This document shows positions 59,542 to 64,000 of a stretch of 64,000 nucleotides of DNA, piece by piece. Source of the DNA: Candidatus Omnitrophota bacterium (GTDB taxonomy: Bacteria > Omnitrophota > Gorgyraeia > 1-14-0-20-64-10). The DNA is taken from positions 1,858 through 65,857 of the forward strand of contig JACOVG010000013.1 of the NCBI GenBank assembly GCA_016177405.1, in the 5' to 3' direction. A program made the position numbers and the translations under genes. Every line of letters starts with the position of its first letter. Positions within the stretch are counted from its first letter, which is position 1. The notes below the pieces were generated by a model that searched no databases, was not told the origin of the DNA, and saw only the letters and a program-made list of their open reading frames with translations.

Positions 59542-59555
59542 AATAGGAGGTTTTC

Positions 59556-60173
59556 ATGAAGGTTCTTCTTTGGGTGGTGATGAGCGTGTACCTCGTCTTG
59601 TTCATCCTGATGGGTTTGGGGTTGATGGCCTTCTCGATGCATTGGGTCCCGCTGGAGAAGGCCCTCTGGTTTCTCGACGCGGTCTACCACGAGGAAAAGT
59701 TGAGGGTCTGGGCCCTCATGACCGGGGCGGGGCTGATTCTCTTGAACTGGGTGGTGGCCCAGCTCTTTCTGGCCCGCGCCCAGCGGCAGAAGACGATCGC
59801 CTTCGAGAACCCCGACGGGCAGGTGACCATCTCCCTTTCGGCGATTGAGGATTTCATCCGGCGCGCCACCCAGGAGATGCCGGAGGTGAAGGATCTGCGC
59901 AGCGACGTCGTCGCCGCCAAGGGCAAGATCCTGGTCCGCTGCCGGGTGAACCTTTGGTCGGAGGCCCACATCCCCGAGGCCACGGAGCGCCTGCAGGCCC
60001 TGGTCAAGTCCCGCGTCCAGGAGATGCTCTCCGGGGTGGAGGAGCCGGTCTCGGTGAGGGTTCACGTCGCCAAGATCTCCCACCGGGACGCGAAGGAAGC
60101 CAAGGGCCTCAAGAAGGAGGACCCCTACGCGCCTCCCTTCCGGGGCTTCGATTACGGGGGAGAGGTCCGGTGA
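59556..60173 (+). CDS. AmaP-like alkaline-shock membrane anchor protein
   Basis: N-terminal TM helices; follows Asp23. Confidence 0.55.
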   Translation: MKVLLWVVMSVYLVLFILMGLGLMAFSMHWVPLEKALWFLDAVYHEEKLRVWALMTGAGLILLNWVVAQLFLARAQRQKTIAFENPDGQVTISLSAIEDFIRRATQEMPEVKDLRSDVVAAKGKILVRCRVNLWSEAHIPEATERLQALVKSRVQEMLSGVEEPVSVRVHVAKISHRDAKEAKGLKKEDPYAPPFRGFDYGGEVR

Positions 60174-61207
60174 GCCCCAAACCGAAGGTCCTCGGGGTCT
60201 TGACCGGAGGCGGGGACTGCCCGGGGCTGAACTCCGTCATCCGGGCCATCGTCCGCAAGGCCCACCCGGAGGGGATCCAGGTGATCGGAATCAAGAACGG
60301 CTGGAAGGGATTGGTGGAGAAGCAGGTGATCGGGCTGGATTTGACCTCCGTTTCCGGGATCCTCCCCAAGGGGGGGACGATTCTCGGCACCTCCCGGACC
60401 AACCCCTACAAGGACCCCGCCGCCCTGGCGGCCTTGAAGAAGCATTACTCGGAGCTTGCCCTGGAGGCCCTGATCGCCATCGGGGGGGAGGACACCCTGG
60501 GGGTCGCCAACAGGCTTTTTCAAGAGGGCTTCCGCGTGGTGGGGGTGCCCAAGACGATCGACAACGATCTTTCCGGAACCGACTTCACCTTCGGCTTCGA
60601 CACGGCCGTGAACATCGCCATGGAATCGATCGACCGCCTGCACACCACGGCCGAGAGCCACCACCGGATCATGGTGGCGGAGGTGATGGGCCGCCATGCC
60701 GGATGGATCGCCGTCCACGCGGGGCTGGCCGGCGGGGCCGACGTGATCCTGATCCCGGAGGTCCCCATCAACCTTGAGGAGGTTTGCAAGCTTCTTCGAA
60801 AGCGTCATGAGCGGGGAAAGACCTTCTCCATAGTGGTGGTGGCGGAGGGGGCCAAGATCCAGGGAGACACCGTCACCCAGGAAGGAAAGCTGGATGAATT
60901 CGGGCATGTGAGGCTCGGCGGGGTGGGCCACCACCTGGGCGAGCTGATCGAGGCCAAGACCGGCTTCGAGACCCGGGTGACCGTCCTGGGACACATCCAA
61001 AGGGGCGGGTCTCCGACCGCGTTTGACCGGATTCTGGGGACCCGTTTCGGGGTCCGGGCGGTGGAGCTGGTGCTGCGCGGTGAGTTCGGCAAGATGCCGG
61101 CCTTGCGGGGCAACGAGATCGCGAACATTCCCATTGAAACGGCGGTCTCCCAACTTAAAACCGTGGACCGGGATCTCTATGAGCTGGCGAAGGTTTTCTT
61201 TGGTTAA
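60170..61207 (+). CDS. pfk: 6-phosphofructokinase
   Basis: GGDCPGLN, MGRHAGWIA; GTG start overlapping the upstream stop. Confidence 0.85.
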   Translation: MSPKPKVLGVLTGGGDCPGLNSVIRAIVRKAHPEGIQVIGIKNGWKGLVEKQVIGLDLTSVSGILPKGGTILGTSRTNPYKDPAALAALKKHYSELALEALIAIGGEDTLGVANRLFQEGFRVVGVPKTIDNDLSGTDFTFGFDTAVNIAMESIDRLHTTAESHHRIMVAEVMGRHAGWIAVHAGLAGGADVILIPEVPINLEEVCKLLRKRHERGKTFSIVVVAEGAKIQGDTVTQEGKLDEFGHVRLGGVGHHLGELIEAKTGFETRVTVLGHIQRGGSPTAFDRILGTRFGVRAVELVLRGEFGKMPALRGNEIANIPIETAVSQLKTVDRDLYELAKVFFG

Positions 61208-61781
61208 CGCGGCGGCCTTCATCGAGGCGGGTCTTTCCGAGAGCATTGAGACCAAGACCCAGGTTTTGAAGAACCTCGTGCCGGCCATCGGCCGGGTGGC
61301 CGAGCTCTGGATTCGGACCCTGGAGGCCGGGGGGAAGATCCTCCTCTTTGGCAACGGGGGCTCCGCGTCCGACAGCCAGCACATTGCCGCGGAGCTCGTC
61401 GGGAAACTTAAGGTGAAGCGGCGGGCGCTTCCGGCCCTGGCGCTGACCACGGACACCTCCGCGCTCACGGCCATCGCCAACGATTTCAGCTTCGAGCAGA
61501 TCTTCGAGAGGCAGGTCGAGGCCCTGGGTTCGCCCGGGGACGCGGCCGTCGGCATCTCCACCAGCGGTTCCTCCGCCAATGTCTTGGCCGCCATCCGGCG
61601 CGCCAAGGCGATGGGTCTCACGACCGTCGCCTTCACGGGCCGCGGCGGCGGGGACCTGGCGAAGCTGGCGGATGAGGCGATCGTGATTCCGTCGGATTCC
61701 ACCCAGAGGATTCAGGAATCCCACATCACCATCGCCCACATCCTCTGCGAGCTGGTCGAGGCGCGGTTTTCCGGCTCGTGA
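61179..61781 (+). CDS. gmhA: Phosphoheptose (sedoheptulose-7-P) isomerase, SIS domain
   Basis: LLFGNGGSASDSQH; start ATG 61179 or TTG 61200. Confidence 0.75.
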   Translation: MSWRRFSLVNAAAFIEAGLSESIETKTQVLKNLVPAIGRVAELWIRTLEAGGKILLFGNGGSASDSQHIAAELVGKLKVKRRALPALALTTDTSALTAIANDFSFEQIFERQVEALGSPGDAAVGISTSGSSANVLAAIRRAKAMGLTTVAFTGRGGGDLAKLADEAIVIPSDSTQRIQESHITIAHILCELVEARFSGS

Positions 61782-62263
61782 AAGTGGGCGAGATTCTTTC
61801 CTTAGCGCGGCTTCGAAAGAAGGTCGAGAGGCTGAAGCGCCGGGGCCGGTCCGTCGCCTTCACCAACGGCTGCTTCGATCTCCTGCACGCGGGCCACGTG
61901 GCGTATCTCGCGGCGGTCCGCCGCAGGGCCGACGTCCTCGTGGTTGGGGTCAACTCCGACCGGTCGGTCCGCGGCCTCAAGGGGCCGGGCAGGCCCCTGA
62001 CGCCTGCCGGCGAGCGGTGCCGGGTCCTGGCCGGCTTAAGGGCGGTTGATTTTGTGACGGTCTTCGACGCGCCCACCCCGCTGTCGCTCATCCGGGCCCT
62101 CCGGCCGGATCTTCTGGCCAAGGGCGGCGATTGGAAGCCCTCTCAAATCGTGGGGGCCGACCTCGTTCGATCGTACGGCGGGAAGGTGATCGCGGTGCCC
62201 TACCTGGCCGGCCATTCCACCACCGGTCTGATCCGCCGGATCAAGCGCTTGCGAAAGATCTAG
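61778..62263 (+). CDS. D-glycero-beta-D-manno-heptose 1-phosphate adenylyltransferase (RfaE domain II-like)
   Basis: FTNGCFDLLHAGH nucleotidyltransferase motif; 161 aa. Confidence 0.7.
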   Translation: MKVGEILSLARLRKKVERLKRRGRSVAFTNGCFDLLHAGHVAYLAAVRRRADVLVVGVNSDRSVRGLKGPGRPLTPAGERCRVLAGLRAVDFVTVFDAPTPLSLIRALRPDLLAKGGDWKPSQIVGADLVRSYGGKVIAVPYLAGHSTTGLIRRIKRLRKI

Positions 62264-62273
62264 GACCGCTTCG

Positions 62274-62723
62274 GTGAACCCCCCTGGCAGCCGCCGCTTT
62301 TCCAAGGGCTTTTTGCGGGTGGTGGATGCCAACCTGAACCGGGCCCGGGAGGGCTTGAGGGTTTGCGAGGAGGTGGCCAGGTTTGTGTGGCTGGACGTCT
62401 CGCTCACCCGCCGCTGCCAGCGCCTGCGTTACGCCCTCACCCGGTCGGCCGAGGCGCTGCCCCTGCGGGGCCTTCTTTCCTGCCGTGATTCCATCCGGGA
62501 TGTCGGCTCGCCGGGCCGGCGGGGGCCGGGGAGGGCCCACCGGGGCCTTCCGGATCTCCTGTTGGCCAATGTCCGCCGGGTGGAGGAATCCCTTCGGGTT
62601 CTGGAGGAGTTTTCCCGATGCCTGTCGGTTTCGAAGGCCCGCGCGTTTGGCGAGCTTCGATTCAAGGTTTACGATCTTGAGCAAAATCTCCTTTCAAAAC
62701 GTACGTCTTTACGTGATCGTTGA
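62274..62723 (+). CDS. Conserved ~150-aa domain of unknown function preceding/overlapping thiE
   Basis: GTG start; stop falls 47 nt inside the thiE reading frame. Confidence 0.45.
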   Translation: MNPPGSRRFSKGFLRVVDANLNRAREGLRVCEEVARFVWLDVSLTRRCQRLRYALTRSAEALPLRGLLSCRDSIRDVGSPGRRGPGRAHRGLPDLLLANVRRVEESLRVLEEFSRCLSVSKARAFGELRFKVYDLEQNLLSKRTSLRDR

Positions 62724-63333
62724 CGCCCAGGCGCTGGGATCCAGGGAGGCTCTCCCGGTGGCGGAGGCCGCTCTCCGGGGAGGGGCCGACTGCATCCAGT
62801 GGAGGGACAAGGCCGGCTGCGACCGGGATTTCCTGTCGGCCGCCTGCGCCCTGCGCCGGTTGACCCGGCGCTTCCGGCGCCTGTTGGTGGTGAACGACCG
62901 GATTGCCGTCGCGCTTTTGTGCGGGGCCGATGCCGTTCACCTGGGGCAGGAGGATCTTCCCTTGAAGCGGGCGCGCGCCTGGGTGGGCCGGAAGCTTCTG
63001 ATCGGCCGCTCCACCCACTCCCTGGCGCAGGCGCGGCAGGCCCAGCGGGAGGGGGCCGACTACGTGGGGGTGGGCCCTGTTTTCTCCACCCCGACCAAAC
63101 CGGATTACCGCCCGGCGGGCCTGTCCCTGCTGGGTCAGGTTCAAAAGGCCCTTCGGATTCCGTGGGTCGCCATCGGCGGCATTGACCTCAAAACCTTGCC
63201 TGCGGTATTATCGGCGGGTGCCAGCCGGGTCGCGGTGGTCCGCGCCGTCTGCCAAGCCCCCGACCCCCAGAGGGCGGCCCGCGCCTTTCAAAAGGCGCTT
63301 GACCATCACTTACGCACCCAAGGAGAATCATGA
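62677..63333 (+). CDS. thiE: Thiamine-phosphate synthase
   Basis: RLYVIVD...[16 protein letters not shown]...IGGI motifs; start tentative (TTG 62677). Confidence 0.8.
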   Translation: MSKISFQNVRLYVIVDAQALGSREALPVAEAALRGGADCIQWRDKAGCDRDFLSAACALRRLTRRFRRLLVVNDRIAVALLCGADAVHLGQEDLPLKRARAWVGRKLLIGRSTHSLAQARQAQREGADYVGVGPVFSTPTKPDYRPAGLSLLGQVQKALRIPWVAIGGIDLKTLPAVLSAGASRVAVVRAVCQAPDPQRAARAFQKALDHHLRTQGES

Positions 63334-64000
63334 GTCTTCTGGTCATCGGCTCGATTGCGCTGGATTCCATCCGGACCCCCTTTGGCTCGGCCAACAACAT
63401 CCTGGGCGGCTCCGCCACCTACGCCGCTTTGGCCGCCAGGCTCTGGGGCCCGGTCCATGTGGTGGGGGTGGTGGGGACCGACTTCCCGTCCCGCTACGGC
63501 CGGCTGCTGTCGAGCCGCGGGGTGAACGGCTCGGGCCTTGTCCGGGTGCCGGGAAAGACCTTTCGGTGGAAGGGCAGCTACGACGAGCATCACCAAGCCA
63601 CCACCGAGTTCCTGGATTTGGGGGTCTTCGCCCAGTTTCGCCCGAAGCTCTCTGACCCCTTGCGGAGGGTGGAGACGGCTTTCCTGGGCAACATCCACCC
63701 GGGCCTGCAGGCGGATGTTTTGCGCCAGCTCACGCGCCCCCGGATCACCGCCTGCGATTCCCGGGCCGACTGGATCCGCGGCCAGCGGCGCTCCTTCCTG
63801 CGCTTGCTCACGAAGGTGACCATGGTTTTCCTGAACGACTCCGAGGCCAAGCTCCTGACCGGCGTCTCAAGTTTGGTGGAGGCCACAAAGGCCCTTTGCC
63901 GCCTGGGGCCCGCGGTGGCGGTTGTCAAGAAGGGAGAGCACGGGGTCTTGGCGGCCAGCCGGGAGGCCTTCTTTTCACTCCCGGGCTATCCGGTTTCCCG
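63330..64000 (+). CDS. PfkB/ribokinase-family carbohydrate kinase (3' end outside window)
   Basis: ATG 63330 overlaps the thiE stop; no in-frame stop up to the window end. Confidence 0.7.
   Translation, partial: MSLLVIGSIALDSIRTPFGSANNILGGSATYAALAARLWGPVHVVGVVGTDFPSRYGRLLSSRGVNGSGLVRVPGKTFRWKGSYDEHHQATTEFLDLGVFAQFRPKLSDPLRRVETAFLGNIHPGLQADVLRQLTRPRITACDSRADWIRGQRRSFLRLLTKVTMVFLNDSEAKLLTGVSSLVEATKALCRLGPAVAVVKKGEHGVLAASREAFFSLPGYPVS

Overview
High-GC (~65%), very compact bacterial chromosome segment in which every supportable gene lies on the + strand; most neighbours overlap by 1-17 nt (ATGA/GTGA junctions). Coordinates 1-28,400 are a contiguous ribosomal super-cluster: nusG (3' part), rplKAJL, rpoBC, rpsLG, fusA, then S10-spc-alpha with secY, adk, map, infA, rpmJ and rpoA. 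There is no tuf between fusA and rpsJ, no rpmD (L30), and no room for the classical autoregulatory leaders. rpoC carries an in-frame TAA followed by a Shine-Dalgarno and a GTG restart. uL24 carries a Cys4 motif. Coordinates 28.4-37.9 kb are housekeeping: two aminotransferases, an IDH-family dehydrogenase, lpd-like E3, lipA, a GT28/acyltransferase/GT2 glycolipid trio, pcm and a membrane protein. Coordinates 38.0-51.2 kb are the most interesting stretch. A well-formed cobalamin riboswitch is followed by about 15 translationally coupled genes: cobU-cobT-cobS-cobD-cobQ-cbiB-cbiA, a BtuB-like TonB-dependent receptor that is in frame with cbiA with no intervening stop, a small lipoprotein with a transcobalamin-beta/DUF4430-like motif, a secreted cupredoxin-like plus CarboxypepD_reg protein, exbB-exbD-tonB, a polytopic membrane protein, and a second TonB-C protein. 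Downstream is a ~0.5-kb GC-rich non-coding element with 44-bp terminal inverted repeats and a 28-bp direct repeat, then a strong sigma70-type promoter driving a stand-alone rpsU. The remainder holds a tandem M16 peptidase, DUF1844, rmuC, a Trm112-like gene, aroQ, efp, accBC, Asp23/AmaP, pfk, ADP-heptose genes (gmhA, adenylyltransferase), a thiE pair and a pfkB kinase. No rRNA, tRNA or CRISPR was found. Minus-strand ORFs in the track are high-GC frame artefacts.
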